The translations under genes and the position numbers were made by a program. Of a DNA stretch of 27,332 nt, positions 8,997-17,390 are shown piece by piece. Source of the DNA: Parcubacteria group bacterium (lineage in GTDB: Bacteria > Patescibacteriota > Minisyncoccia > UBA6257 > JACRHY01); the NCBI GenBank assembly GCA_016215765.1, contig JACRHY010000021.1, positions 1-27,332 of the forward strand, written 5' to 3'. The notes under the pieces are model-generated. The model was given only the letters and a program-made list of their open reading frames with translations. It searched no databases and was not told the DNA's origin. Each line of letters begins with the position of its first letter. Positions within the stretch are counted from its first letter, which is position 1.

Positions 8997-10502
8997 ATGA
9001 AAATTTACGATTACTTTTTCTGGATAGCCGCTTTTTTTCTGCTGGGCGCGCTGTTCGCTTCTTTTACGAAAAGTTTCGCGCTTGTCGTTTCGGGGGTTTT
9101 GGCGGCATCGCTTGTTTTTTCGGTTTTAAGTTTCATTTACCCCGTTAGAAGTCGCGAGGGCGCGCGGCGCGCCTCTACTTCTGATGGGGTTTACGACAAA
9201 AAGAAACTCTTCGCGTTCGCCTTTTTGATTTTTTCCGTCATAGCCGGATTTTCGTATTATCATTTTTATTCCGCGGCGCAAGGCGGCTATGAAATAACTT
9301 TTGACAAGCGGGCGATTTTTGACGGCGTCGTCGTTTCCGATCCCGACCGCGGCGGCGACTATCAAAAATTCATTTTGCGCCTTGAGGGCGGCCATTCCGG
9401 ACGCGTTTTGGCGGCGATCGGACGGTTTCCGACCGTCCGCTACGGCGACCGCCTGAAGATTGATGGCGTCGCGAGAAAGCCGTCCGACGATTCCTACGCC
9501 GCTTATCTTTTGAAGATCTCCGTTTCCGGAACCTTAAACGCCGCCGGATTTGAAATTACCGCGAAAGATCAGGCGTCAAAAATGCGGCGCGCTCTTTTCG
9601 GAATGAAGGAAAAAGCGGAAGATAATTTCAGGGCGATTTTGCCTTCCGAAGCGGCCGCTTTTTTATCCGGCATCGTTTTGGGCGAACGGGCGGAATTTTC
9701 CGAAAAGTTCAAGGAAAATCTTAATTTAAGCGGCACGACCCATTTAGTGGCGCTTTCCGGCTATAACATAACGATTTTAGCCGATTTGCTCGCCGTCGCG
9801 TTCGCCTTTTTCGTTTCCCGCGCTTACGCTTTTTGGCCGAGCGTCTTGACGATTGTTCTTTTCGTCGTTATGACCGGCGCCGAAGCGTCGGTCGTGCGGG
9901 CGGCGATTATGGGGATCGTCGCCCTTTTGGCTTTAAGAACGGAAAGAATTTACGATTTTCGCAACGCCGTAACTTTCGCGGCGTTTCTGATGGCGATTTT
10001 CAATCCGTTGATTTTACGGTTTGATCTCGGCTTTCAGCTGTCTTTCGCCGCTTTATTGGGGATCGTCTATTTGGGGCCGGCAATCAAAAATTTTTTCCGT
10101 TTAAGCGCGCGAAGCGGCGGATTGATGAATTGGAAAGAAAACGCCCTGACAACCGTCTCCGCTCAACTTGCCGTCCTGCCGATTTTAGTGGTCAATTTTG
10201 GAACTTTTTCGCCGCTTTCCTTTTTGGCCAACGTTTTGATTTTGGGAATGATGCCGGCAACGATGATGCTGGGCTTCGCGGCCGCCCTCGCCGGCTTCGC
10301 GTCCTATCACGTCTCCTTGTTTTTCGGCTGGATCGTTTATCCCTTGCTTTGGTACGAAATGACGGTAATCTCTGTTTTTGGTAATGTGAACGGCCGTTTT
10401 ATGTTGCCGGTTTTCGGATTTTCAGTCGGCGTCGTTTATTATCTTTTGCTTTTCGGCTTTATAATTTATTCCAACCGGAAATTTTATGGAAGAAAAAATT
10501 GA
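8997..10502 (+). CDS. comEC: ComEC/Rec2 competence channel, membrane part
   Basis: GTTHLVALSGYNI, TGAEASVVRAAIM, DLGFQLSFAA and ANVLILGM motifs; many transmembrane segments and an N-terminal OB-like region. Confidence 0.93.
   Translation: MKIYDYFFWIAAFFLLGALFASFTKSFALVVSGVLAASLVFSVLSFIYPVRSREGARRASTSDGVYDKKKLFAFAFLIFSVIAGFSYYHFYSAAQGGYEITFDKRAIFDGVVVSDPDRGGDYQKFILRLEGGHSGRVLAAIGRFPTVRYGDRLKIDGVARKPSDDSYAAYLLKISVSGTLNAAGFEITAKDQASKMRRALFGMKEKAEDNFRAILPSEAAAFLSGIVLGERAEFSEKFKENLNLSGTTHLVALSGYNITILADLLAVAFAFFVSRAYAFWPSVLTIVLFVVMTGAEASVVRAAIMGIVALLALRTERIYDFRNAVTFAAFLMAIFNPLILRFDLGFQLSFAALLGIVYLGPAIKNFFRLSARSGGLMNWKENALTTVSAQLAVLPILVVNFGTFSPLSFLANVLILGMMPATMMLGFAAALAGFASYHVSLFFGWIVYPLLWYEMTVISVFGNVNGRFMLPVFGFSVGVVYYLLLFGFIIYSNRKFYGRKN
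9136..9194. repeat. Palindrome family B, in-frame copy inside comEC
   Basis: Arms ACCCCGTTAGAAGT (9139-9152) and ACTTCTGATGGGGT (9177-9190); both mismatches are G-T wobble. TTTAC direct repeats at 9136 and 9190, 54 bp apart. Confidence 0.85.
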
Positions 10503-11355
10503 CAATCGCCTTTTTTGGATAATCGCCGTTTTGGTTTTTTTAAACGTTTTCGTTTGGGCGGCCTCTTTTGCGACGATCGGGAAAGCAGAAACGGAAATTT
10601 ATTTTCTTGACGTCGGTCAGGGGGACGGAGAAATGATTGTTTTTCCGGGGAGCGTCAAAGTATTGATTGACGGCGGACCGGACGGACGAATCGCTTCGCG
10701 GATCGGCGAAATTCTGCCCGCCGCCGATCGCCGCATTGATATTTTGGCGCTGACTCATCCCCAGCTTGATCACTACGCCGGATTTATTGAAGTCGTCAAA
10801 AGATACGAAATCGGAGCTTTTATCTATAACGGCCGATTGAGCGGCGACGCTCCTTTTCGGGAATTACTGGATGCCCTGAAGAAAAAGGAGATTCCGATGA
10901 TCGTTCTCGGAGAGGGGGATAAGATAAAAATCGGCGATGCTGCTCTTAGTATTCTTTCTCCGTCAGGCGAGTTTCTAAAGAGCGCCGAACTGAATGACAC
11001 GACTTTGGTAATGGAGTTGACGGAAGGCGCCTTTAAGGCCATTTTTACCGGCGATATCGGTTTTAACGTGGAGGAATATCTGGCCGAAAAATACGACGTC
11101 AAAACGGATGTTCTGAAAGTGGCGCATCACGGATCCCGTTATTCTTCCGGCGCGAAGTTTTTGACGGAAGCGAATCCGAAATTGGCCGTTATTGAAGTCG
11201 GCCGGAATTCTTACGGTCATCCGACGAAAGAAGCGCTCGGCCGCCTTGAAGCCGCGGGCGCCGGCATTTACCGCACCGACCGCGACGGAACGATCAGAGT
11301 TGCTGTCGGCAAAGACGGCGTTTTGCGGATCGCCGCCAACGGAAAAACAAAGTAG
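10486..11355 (+). CDS. ComEC-associated metallo-beta-lactamase-fold protein
   Basis: FLDVGQGD, LIDGG, LTHPQLDHYAG, NDTTLV, FTGDIG, LKVAHHGS, NSYGHP and RTDRDG; overlaps the 3' end of comEC. Confidence 0.92.
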   Translation: MEEKIDNRLFWIIAVLVFLNVFVWAASFATIGKAETEIYFLDVGQGDGEMIVFPGSVKVLIDGGPDGRIASRIGEILPAADRRIDILALTHPQLDHYAGFIEVVKRYEIGAFIYNGRLSGDAPFRELLDALKKKEIPMIVLGEGDKIKIGDAALSILSPSGEFLKSAELNDTTLVMELTEGAFKAIFTGDIGFNVEEYLAEKYDVKTDVLKVAHHGSRYSSGAKFLTEANPKLAVIEVGRNSYGHPTKEALGRLEAAGAGIYRTDRDGTIRVAVGKDGVLRIAANGKTK

Positions 11356-11421
11356 TATACGAGTAATTACTCCCACTTAGAGCCGAACTCTCAAATAGGG
11401 GGCAGCGCGGTCAAAGCGTCA

Positions 11422-11465
11422 ACCCAGTTAGAAGCTCACGCGGGACGTTCTGCTTCTAACGGGGT
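11422..11465. repeat. Palindrome family B, intergenic copy
   Basis: ACCCAGTTAGAAGC ... GCTTCTAACGGGGT, 13/14 complementary. Confidence 0.85.
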
Positions 11466-11495
11466 AAAAGCGGGGAGGCCGTCAATGAGAGTGGA

Positions 11496-11786
11496 CTAAT
11501 AAGTTTCAACTCTGTCCGCTCTTTTGGTTGTAGAATACTGGTGAAGAAGCGAGCCGATGAGCGTTTGATAGGGGAGGCCCTTTTTCGCCGCGATTGCCTT
11601 GATTCGCTCAAGATCAGCGTGAGAGACGCGAATGTTGATGTTGCGCGGCTTGCTTAGCGTATATTTCGCATATCGCGTATAGCGCGCTTTTTCTTGGCGC
11701 ACATTCGCGACTTGCTTAAACTCGCCCTTCTCAAATTGTTCAAGCAGTTCTTTTTCTCCCTTATTTATTATTTGCTTTTTTTTCAT
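11496..11786 (-). CDS. CopG/ribbon-helix-helix antitoxin (BrnA-like)
   Basis: INIRVSHADLERIKAIAAKKGLPYQTLI RHH-like segment; ATGA overlap with the upstream toxin gene. Confidence 0.8.
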   Translation of the reverse strand: MKKKQIINKGEKELLEQFEKGEFKQVANVRQEKARYTRYAKYTLSKPRNINIRVSHADLERIKAIAAKKGLPYQTLIGSLLHQYSTTKRADRVETY

Positions 11787-12079
11787 GGCGTTTCTTTATT
11801 ATTATTAATAATATTAATATATTTTTTCGTCGCCTCGCGGCTTGGAATAATTGTTTTTAAGAATATTCGCTCCTCATCTTCCACAAACGGAACAAGGTAC
11901 GCGTATTCTTGAAATCGCACGATCAGCATTTTTTGATTCGGATACTTGCGCGCGTTCGGATGTTCCACGATGTCTAGAATGTTCCCGTCCTCAATGGCGA
12001 CAAGCATTGCCTCAAAACTTATCCCTCGTTCGCGCGCCAGCCGCTCGTTTTTCTCCGGATCCCAATCAACATATTTCAT
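11783..12079 (-). CDS. BrnT-like type II toxin
   Basis: WDPEKNERLARERGISFE, HPNARKYPNQ and FLKTIIPSREATK. Start moved to MKYVDW at 12079. Confidence 0.8.
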   Translation of the reverse strand: MKYVDWDPEKNERLARERGISFEAMLVAIEDGNILDIVEHPNARKYPNQKMLIVRFQEYAYLVPFVEDEERIFLKTIIPSREATKKYINIINNNKETP

Positions 12080-12092
12080 AGTGTGCATACAT

Positions 12093-12120
12093 AGTATATA
12101 TATATTATACACATTGTCAA
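12093..12120 (-). promoter_or_regulatory. Sigma70-like promoter of the TA operon
   Basis: Minus strand TTGACA-16 bp-TATACT, overlapping the palindrome-like GTATA-N7-TATAC. Confidence 0.6.
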
Positions 12121-12293
12121 TGGCATTCCGCTAATCTCCGTGGACAATTCCGCTATTGACAGGCCGCGCGGGGGGGTGCCAAATGGATACCTTTTGCTGT
12201 CACAACTTCCGAATAATTGACGGCGGTAAAAAACGGCGGATTGTCCAGCGCACGGACTTTCGCGCCGTTTTTTTTCGTGTTACAGTAAGGATT

Positions 12294-13685
12294 ATGACAA
12301 GAACTTTGGCGAAAGACGCCGTCCTGAAGGCGGGAGAAAAAGCGGAGCTTTGCGGCTGGGTGGACGCGCGGCGCGATCACGGCAAAATTATTTTTATTGA
12401 TTTGCGCGACCGGAGCGGCGTCGTTCAGGTCGTTTTTCTTTCCAAAATGAAAGAACTTTACGCAACGGCCGATTCTCTGCGGCCGGAATGGGTCGTCCGT
12501 CTTGTCGGAACGGTCAATAAAAGGCCGGCGGGGATGGAAAATTCGGACGCGACAACCGGCGGCGTTGAGATTTTAGCGGAAGAAATTGAAATTTTGAACA
12601 GGGCGGAGACGCCCCCGATCGCCTTGGGCGCCGACGGCTACGAAATCGGCGAAGAAAGCCGCTTGAAATACCGTTATCTTGATTTGCGGCGCCGGCGGTT
12701 GCAAAAAAATATCAGGAATCGGCACAAGTTGACGGAATTTATGCGCGGTTATCTTTCCGAAAACGATTTCGCGGAAATAGAGACCCCGATTCTGACGAAA
12801 TCCACTCCCGAAGGCGCCCGCGACTATCTCGTGCCGTCTCGTCTTCATCGCGGAAAATTTTACGCCTTGCCCCAGTCGCCCCAGCAGTATAAACAGCTTT
12901 TGATGGTCGCCGGTTTTGAGCGTTATTTTCAGGTAGCCAGGTGTTTTCGCGATGAAGACACGCGCGGAGACCGCCAGCCGGAATTCGTCCAGCTTGACAT
13001 GGAGTTGAGTTTCACGGACGAAGAAGAAATTATGGGATTGGTTGAAAATATGCTGACGACGCTGATTGAAAAACTGCTGCCGGAGAAAAAAATCGCCCGA
13101 CTGCCGTTTCCGAGGATTTCTTACGCGGAAGCGATGGAAAAATACGGCAGCGACAAACCGGATATCAGAGACGACAAAAAAGACGAAAATATCCTGTCGT
13201 TTTTGTGGGTGACCGATTTCTCTCTTTTTGAATACAGCGAAACGGAAAAGCGGCTGGTTTCCACGCATCATCCGTTTACGCGGCCGGACGACGAAGCGGT
13301 TTTGGATTCGGCTCCGGAAAAATCAAGGGCGCGGGCTTATGACCTTGTTTTAAACGGCTTTGAGATCGGCGGCGGCAGTTTGCGCGTTTTTCGCCGCGAT
13401 CTGCAGGAAAAAATTTTTTCCGTGTTGGGTCTGTCAAAGGGGGATTATGAGAGCAAATTCGGCCACTTGCTGGAAGCGTTTGATTACGGCGCGCCGCCGC
13501 ATGGCGGCATCGCGCTTGGACTTGATCGCCTGTTCGCGATTTTATTTAATGAGCCGAATATCCGCGAAGTGATGGCTTTTCCCAAAACCGGCGACGGCCG
13601 CGATCTGATGATGGACGCGCCGGCGGAAGCCGATGAAAAGCAGTTAAAAGAATTGGGATTGGAAATAAAAAAGAAGGGTCAATAA
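12294..13685 (+). CDS. aspS: Aspartate--tRNA ligase, short form apparently lacking the GAD insertion; possibly non-discriminating
   Basis: RRDHGKIIFIDLRD, RLKYRYLDLRR, STPEGARDY, LPQSPQQYKQLLM, CFRDEDTRGDRQPEF, HHPFT and GAPPHGGIALGLDR. Start moved to the ATG at 12294. Confidence 0.96.
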   Translation: MTRTLAKDAVLKAGEKAELCGWVDARRDHGKIIFIDLRDRSGVVQVVFLSKMKELYATADSLRPEWVVRLVGTVNKRPAGMENSDATTGGVEILAEEIEILNRAETPPIALGADGYEIGEESRLKYRYLDLRRRRLQKNIRNRHKLTEFMRGYLSENDFAEIETPILTKSTPEGARDYLVPSRLHRGKFYALPQSPQQYKQLLMVAGFERYFQVARCFRDEDTRGDRQPEFVQLDMELSFTDEEEIMGLVENMLTTLIEKLLPEKKIARLPFPRISYAEAMEKYGSDKPDIRDDKKDENILSFLWVTDFSLFEYSETEKRLVSTHHPFTRPDDEAVLDSAPEKSRARAYDLVLNGFEIGGGSLRVFRRDLQEKIFSVLGLSKGDYESKFGHLLEAFDYGAPPHGGIALGLDRLFAILFNEPNIREVMAFPKTGDGRDLMMDAPAEADEKQLKELGLEIKKKGQ

Positions 13686-13722
13686 AGGAAAAATTTCGCA
13701 ATTCATCAAAATATAAAACAAT

Positions 13723-14217
13723 ATGGAAAGAACGCTGATTTTATTAAAGCCGGACGCGATAGAGCGGGGAGTGGTCGGCGAGATTATTCACCGCTTTGAA
13801 AGAGTGGGCGCGAAGATGGTCGGGCTGAAACTCCTGATTTCCGAAAAAGACGCCGCGGCCATGCATTATACGGAGGACTTGGCGCGCCGGCGCGGAGAAA
13901 AGGTGCGGGAGCAGATGATCGGGATGCTAACTTCCGGCCCGATTATAGCCATGGCTCTTGAGGGCGTGGAAATCGTCGAAGTTGTTCGCAAGATGGTCGG
14001 GACAACCGAGCCGAAAGCCGCCCCCCCGGGCACGATAAGGGGCGACTTCGCTCACGTGTCGTTTAAGCACGCGGACGAAAAGGGCATCGCCGTTTTCAAT
14101 TTAATTCACGCATCCGGATCGGTGGAAGAGGCGAAGATTGAAATCGGAGTATGGTTCAAGCCGGAGGAGCTGGTGGAACACGAACCGGCTTACACTAAAT
14201 TTACGATCAAGAAATAG
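13723..14217 (+). CDS. ndk: Nucleoside diphosphate kinase
   Basis: TLILLKPDA, TSGP, VRKMVGTT, PGTIRGDF and NLIHASGS (phospho-His). Confidence 0.95.
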   Translation: MERTLILLKPDAIERGVVGEIIHRFERVGAKMVGLKLLISEKDAAAMHYTEDLARRRGEKVREQMIGMLTSGPIIAMALEGVEIVEVVRKMVGTTEPKAAPPGTIRGDFAHVSFKHADEKGIAVFNLIHASGSVEEAKIEIGVWFKPEELVEHEPAYTKFTIKK

Positions 14218-14308
14218 CGCGCCCGCCGTTTTTCGTTTGATGCCGCGCGGTTCCGCCGCGCGAAGCTTTATCCGCGGATAATCAACGGATTTGAAAAAAA
14301 GTTTAGAA

Positions 14309-14384
14309 TGGTGCGCCCACCAGGATTCGAACCTGGGACCATCTCCTTAAGAGGGAGTTGCTCTACCAGCTGAGCTATGGGCGC
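14309..14384 (-). tRNA. tRNA-Lys(CTT)
   Basis: Cloverleaf GCGCCCA...GCTC/GAGC, anticodon loop CT-CTT-AA, TTCGAAT T-loop, CCA encoded; 76 nt. Confidence 0.95.
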
Positions 14385-14411
14385 TCTCCTACGCTTTGGT
14401 TTGAGCCAAAG

Positions 14412-14458
14412 CTTCGGAAGAGCAAAAGCGATTGCTCGTCACTCTTGTCCTTCCGAAG
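14412..14458. repeat. Nested hairpin element between the two tRNAs
   Basis: CTTCGGAAGAGCAA / TTGTCCTTCCGAAG (12/14), plus an alternative GAGCAA/TTGCTC hairpin sharing the left arm. Confidence 0.5.
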
Positions 14459-14574
14459 ATTAAGCAATGCGCAAGCGAAGGAGGAAGCTACTGGCGCGTT
14501 TCGTGAATTATCTTACTCGCGGCGGCGGGAAAGAGTCAATTTTTCCGGCCACCCAATTTTCGCGGTTTTATCTT

Positions 14575-14649
14575 TGGTGTCCCCGGAGGGATTCGAACCC
14601 CCAATAACAGGTTCGAAGCCTGTCGTGATATCCGTTTCACCACGGGGAC
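14575..14649 (-). tRNA. tRNA-Arg(TCG)
   Basis: Acceptor GTCCCCG/CGGGGAC, anticodon arm ACAGG-CT-TCG-AA-CCTGT, GGATA D-loop (A20), CCA encoded; 75 nt. Confidence 0.93.
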
Positions 14650-14732
14650 GGCGGGATACGAAGAAATTTTAAGACAACTGCGTTCGTGGCGTCAACAAGA
14701 AACGCTTGAAGAAGAACTCAGAACTTAGCGAT

Positions 14733-14752
14733 CCTGCCTGCCGACGGGCAGG
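14733..14752. repeat. 20-bp GC-rich palindrome, family A, copy 2 (CCTGCCTGCCGACGGGCAGG)
   Basis: 19/20 identical to 749-768; intergenic. Confidence 0.85.
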
Positions 14753-14772
14753 AACGAGAAGCGATGCGGGAA

Positions 14773-15483
14773 TTAACGCGAGGGATAATATTGCCCGACG
14801 TTTTTTTCCATCATCTTGGCGTAGATGAAGTAAGCGGCGACGCTACCGATGAAATTAATCGCCAGTCCCGTCAGCCCCAGGAAGGCGACGGCTCCGAGAC
14901 CGAGTAGCGCTCCGATTGCGGCGCCGATAACTTGCGGCCAGAAAAGCAACTTGAATAGCGTATTCAGTTTATTGGCGAGAATCTTGGCCTGAAATCCCAT
15001 TATCGGCTCGTAGAATTTGGCCAGGATAAAACCGCCGATGCCGCCGAAAATTGCTCCATAAACGACGGCCATCACAAGTCCCGATATGTTGATAAAGGAA
15101 CCGCCCAGCGACGCGCTCCCCATCATTCCTCCGATAACGCCAAGGCCCATTATCGCGTTTTGGAAGAAAAAGTAAGCGGAAACGGAAGCGACGAGAGAAG
15201 TGATGGCGCCGGCAACGGCGTTCCAGATCGCGCTCCATTTCATCGTCTCAATCGTTTTTTGGTCAAAAGTGAACAAGTCGCTTTGGCTTGCGGCCGGCTG
15301 TCCGGCGGCCGGCGGCGGAACGGCGGCTCCGGCCGTTGAAGAAGCCGGCGAGGCGCCTCCCAGCGCTTCGTTAATGTCATTTTCCGGCCATTTGGCGTTG
15401 ATTAACGCCGCTCTGATTTGCTCGTCCGTTTTGCCCTCGGTTTTCGCTTTGGCGACAAAATCCGTTAATTGTTGATTTGCCAT
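14773..15483 (-). CDS. Hypothetical multi-pass membrane protein
   Basis: Small helical N-terminal domain (GKTDEQIRAALINAKWPENDINEAL), Pro/Ala linker and several Gly-rich hydrophobic helices. Likely start at 15483; 15534 is possible. Confidence 0.8.
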   Translation of the reverse strand: MANQQLTDFVAKAKTEGKTDEQIRAALINAKWPENDINEALGGASPASSTAGAAVPPPAAGQPAASQSDLFTFDQKTIETMKWSAIWNAVAGAITSLVASVSAYFFFQNAIMGLGVIGGMMGSASLGGSFINISGLVMAVVYGAIFGGIGGFILAKFYEPIMGFQAKILANKLNTLFKLLFWPQVIGAAIGALLGLGAVAFLGLTGLAINFIGSVAAYFIYAKMMEKNVGQYYPSR

Positions 15484-15594
15484 ATTTTCAATTTTAATTG
15501 TATTTTGGCGCGTCCGTCTTTTCGACTTTTTCAATCAAGCGCGTTATTTGATATCATTCTATTACATAATATAGTAGCATAAATCGTTTGAAAA

Positions 15595-17076
15595 ATGGAA
15601 AAGACGAGTAAAAAAACAAACATTCCCGGGAGCGTGGCGGAAATTGCGGGCGTTTTGCGAAAAAACGGCTTTAAGGCCTATTTCGTAGGCGGTTGCGTCC
15701 GCGATCTTTTGCTTGGCCGCGACCCGAAGGACTGGGACATAGCCGCCAATGCCAGGCCGGAAGAAGTGATGAAAATTTTTCCCGATTCTTTTTGCGAGAA
15801 TAAATTCGGAACGGTCGGCGTTAAGGCGAAAATGGAAAATGGAGAAACGGAAATCGTTGAAGTGACAACTTTCCGCAAAGAGGGAAAGTATTCCGATTTT
15901 CGCCGTCCGGACGAAATTAAGTTCGCCGAAACTATTGAGGAAGATCTCGCGAGGCGTGATTTTACGGTAAACGCGCTCGCCCTGAACATTGCCGAAGGAA
16001 TGGCAGAAAAAATCATTGATCCATTTAACGGCCAAAGCGACATTCAAAACAAAATTATCCGCGCCGTCGGCGATCCGCGGGAACGATTCGGAGAAGACGC
16101 CCTGCGGCTGATGCGGGCGGTTCGTTTCGCCTGCCAGCTTAATTTTACCATCGCGGAAGAAACGGCGGCGGCGATTAAGGAAAAGGCGGGACTGCTGGAG
16201 GCGATTTCCAAAGAGAGAATCCGCGACGAACTGCAAAAGACCATAATGAGCCCAAAAGCGGCCGGCGGAATCGCGATGCTTGAGGATTTGGGGTTGCTGC
16301 GTCATATTTTACCGGAACTCCGCGAAGGGCTGGGCGTCGGGCAAAATAAACACCATATTTACGGCGTTTGGGAGCATAATCTGCGCGCGCTTGATTACGC
16401 GGCTTCAAACGGCTATTCCTTTGAAGTAAGGACGGCTTCTCTTCTTCACGATGTCGGCAAACCACGCTCCAAGCGCGGCGAGGGACCGGATTCCACTTTT
16501 TACGCCCACGAAATAATCGGCGGCAAAATGACGGCGCGTCTTTTGGATAATCTGAAATTTTCCAAGGAAACAGTTGAAAAAATCACTCATCTGGTCAGGC
16601 ATCACCTTTTTTATTACAACGTTGACGAGGTGACGGAGGCGGGAGTGAGGAGATTTTTGAGCCGCGTCGGCGTTGAACACATAGACGATCTTTTCAAGGT
16701 GAGGGAAGCGGACCGGATCGGATCCGGCGTGCCGAAAGCGGTGCCTTATAAATTGCGCCATTTGAGATTTATGATTGACAAGGTCCGTCACGATCCCCTT
16801 AGTCCGAAAATGCTGAAGGTGAATGGCGGCGACGTGATGACGATTGCCGGTCTTGAACCCGGCCCGAAAATAGGGCGGATTTTGGCCGTTTTGCTGGAAG
16901 AAGTGCTGGACGACCCCGCGAAAAACGACCGGGAGGACTTAAAGGACAGAGTTTTTGCTCTGGCGAAATTGTCCGATGAAGAGCTGGAAAAGCTGGCTCA
17001 ACGCGCGAAGAAAACGAAAGAAGAATTTGAATCGGGGATCGTTGAGGAGATGAAAAAAAAGCACTATGTGAAATAG
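15595..17076 (+). CDS. cca: CCA tRNA nucleotidyltransferase with HD domain
   Basis: GGCVRD..DWD, EDLARRDFTVNA, EDALRLMRAVRF, RIRDEL and LLHDVGKP. The flexible-loop segment FRKEGKYSDFRRP is present. Confidence 0.9.
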   Translation: MEKTSKKTNIPGSVAEIAGVLRKNGFKAYFVGGCVRDLLLGRDPKDWDIAANARPEEVMKIFPDSFCENKFGTVGVKAKMENGETEIVEVTTFRKEGKYSDFRRPDEIKFAETIEEDLARRDFTVNALALNIAEGMAEKIIDPFNGQSDIQNKIIRAVGDPRERFGEDALRLMRAVRFACQLNFTIAEETAAAIKEKAGLLEAISKERIRDELQKTIMSPKAAGGIAMLEDLGLLRHILPELREGLGVGQNKHHIYGVWEHNLRALDYAASNGYSFEVRTASLLHDVGKPRSKRGEGPDSTFYAHEIIGGKMTARLLDNLKFSKETVEKITHLVRHHLFYYNVDEVTEAGVRRFLSRVGVEHIDDLFKVREADRIGSGVPKAVPYKLRHLRFMIDKVRHDPLSPKMLKVNGGDVMTIAGLEPGPKIGRILAVLLEEVLDDPAKNDREDLKDRVFALAKLSDEELEKLAQRAKKTKEEFESGIVEEMKKKHYVK

Positions 17077-17201
17077 TTCGCACTCGTTGCTTTTATGCGG
17101 CGATTGCTGTATTTTAGAAATGCCGAAAAGTTGAGTATTCACGGCGAAAACCTTTCGGAAAGTGATTAGTTAAAACGGGTTGTAGCCCGTTAGAAATAGA
17201 T

Positions 17202-17272
17202 CGGGCTGTAGTATACCGGTAGTACGTGCGCTTCGGGTGCGTAAAGACCGGGTTCAATTCCCGGCAGCCCGA
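17202..17272 (+). tRNA. tRNA-Pro(CGG), CCA not encoded
   Basis: Acceptor CGGGCTG/CAGCCCG, anticodon arm TGCGC-TT-CGG-GT-GCGTA, T-arm CCGGG-TTCAATT-CCCGG. Confidence 0.92.
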
Positions 17273-17332
17273 CTGAACGAAGTGAAGGAGGGGGGGCGAG
17301 GCGAAACTTGTAGGCAATTCCCGGCAGCCCGA
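17255..17332 (+). repeat. 18-bp direct repeat of the tRNA-Pro 3' end
   Basis: CAATTCCCGGCAGCCCGA at 17255-17272 and at 17315-17332, 60 bp apart. Confidence 0.9.
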
Positions 17333-17352
17333 TTTCGTAAATTAGGCCGGAT

Positions 17353-17388
17353 TTGATTTTTAGGGCGTTGGTGTATATAATACACTCA
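17353..17388 (+). promoter_or_regulatory. nrtR promoter with overlapping NrtR-type operator
   Basis: TTGATT (17353)-17 bp-TATAAT (17376). Operator TTG-GTGT-ATATAAT-ACAC-TCA at 17368-17388. Confidence 0.75.
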
Positions 17389-17390
17389 AT

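Noticed and set aside
12098-12115. Fourth NrtR operator at the TA promoter
   Set aside because: Only the ACAC half is present; the partner half reads ATAT rather than GTGT. It is more likely the TA autoregulatory site.
12156-12293. Longer N-termini in the ORF track (aspS 12156, pncA 18424, kinase 20999, pncB 22995, cobO 8418, toxin 12112)
   Set aside because: The extensions lack family motifs or overlap neighbouring features. Downstream starts fit an RBS or the usual family N-terminus better.
14268-14281. 14-bp perfect palindrome TTATCCGCGGATAA after ndk
   Set aside because: Single short occurrence with no U-tract or second copy; may be chance.
14358-14672. 104-aa plus-strand ORF
   Set aside because: It is antisense to two tRNA genes and a repeat-rich spacer; a shadow ORF.
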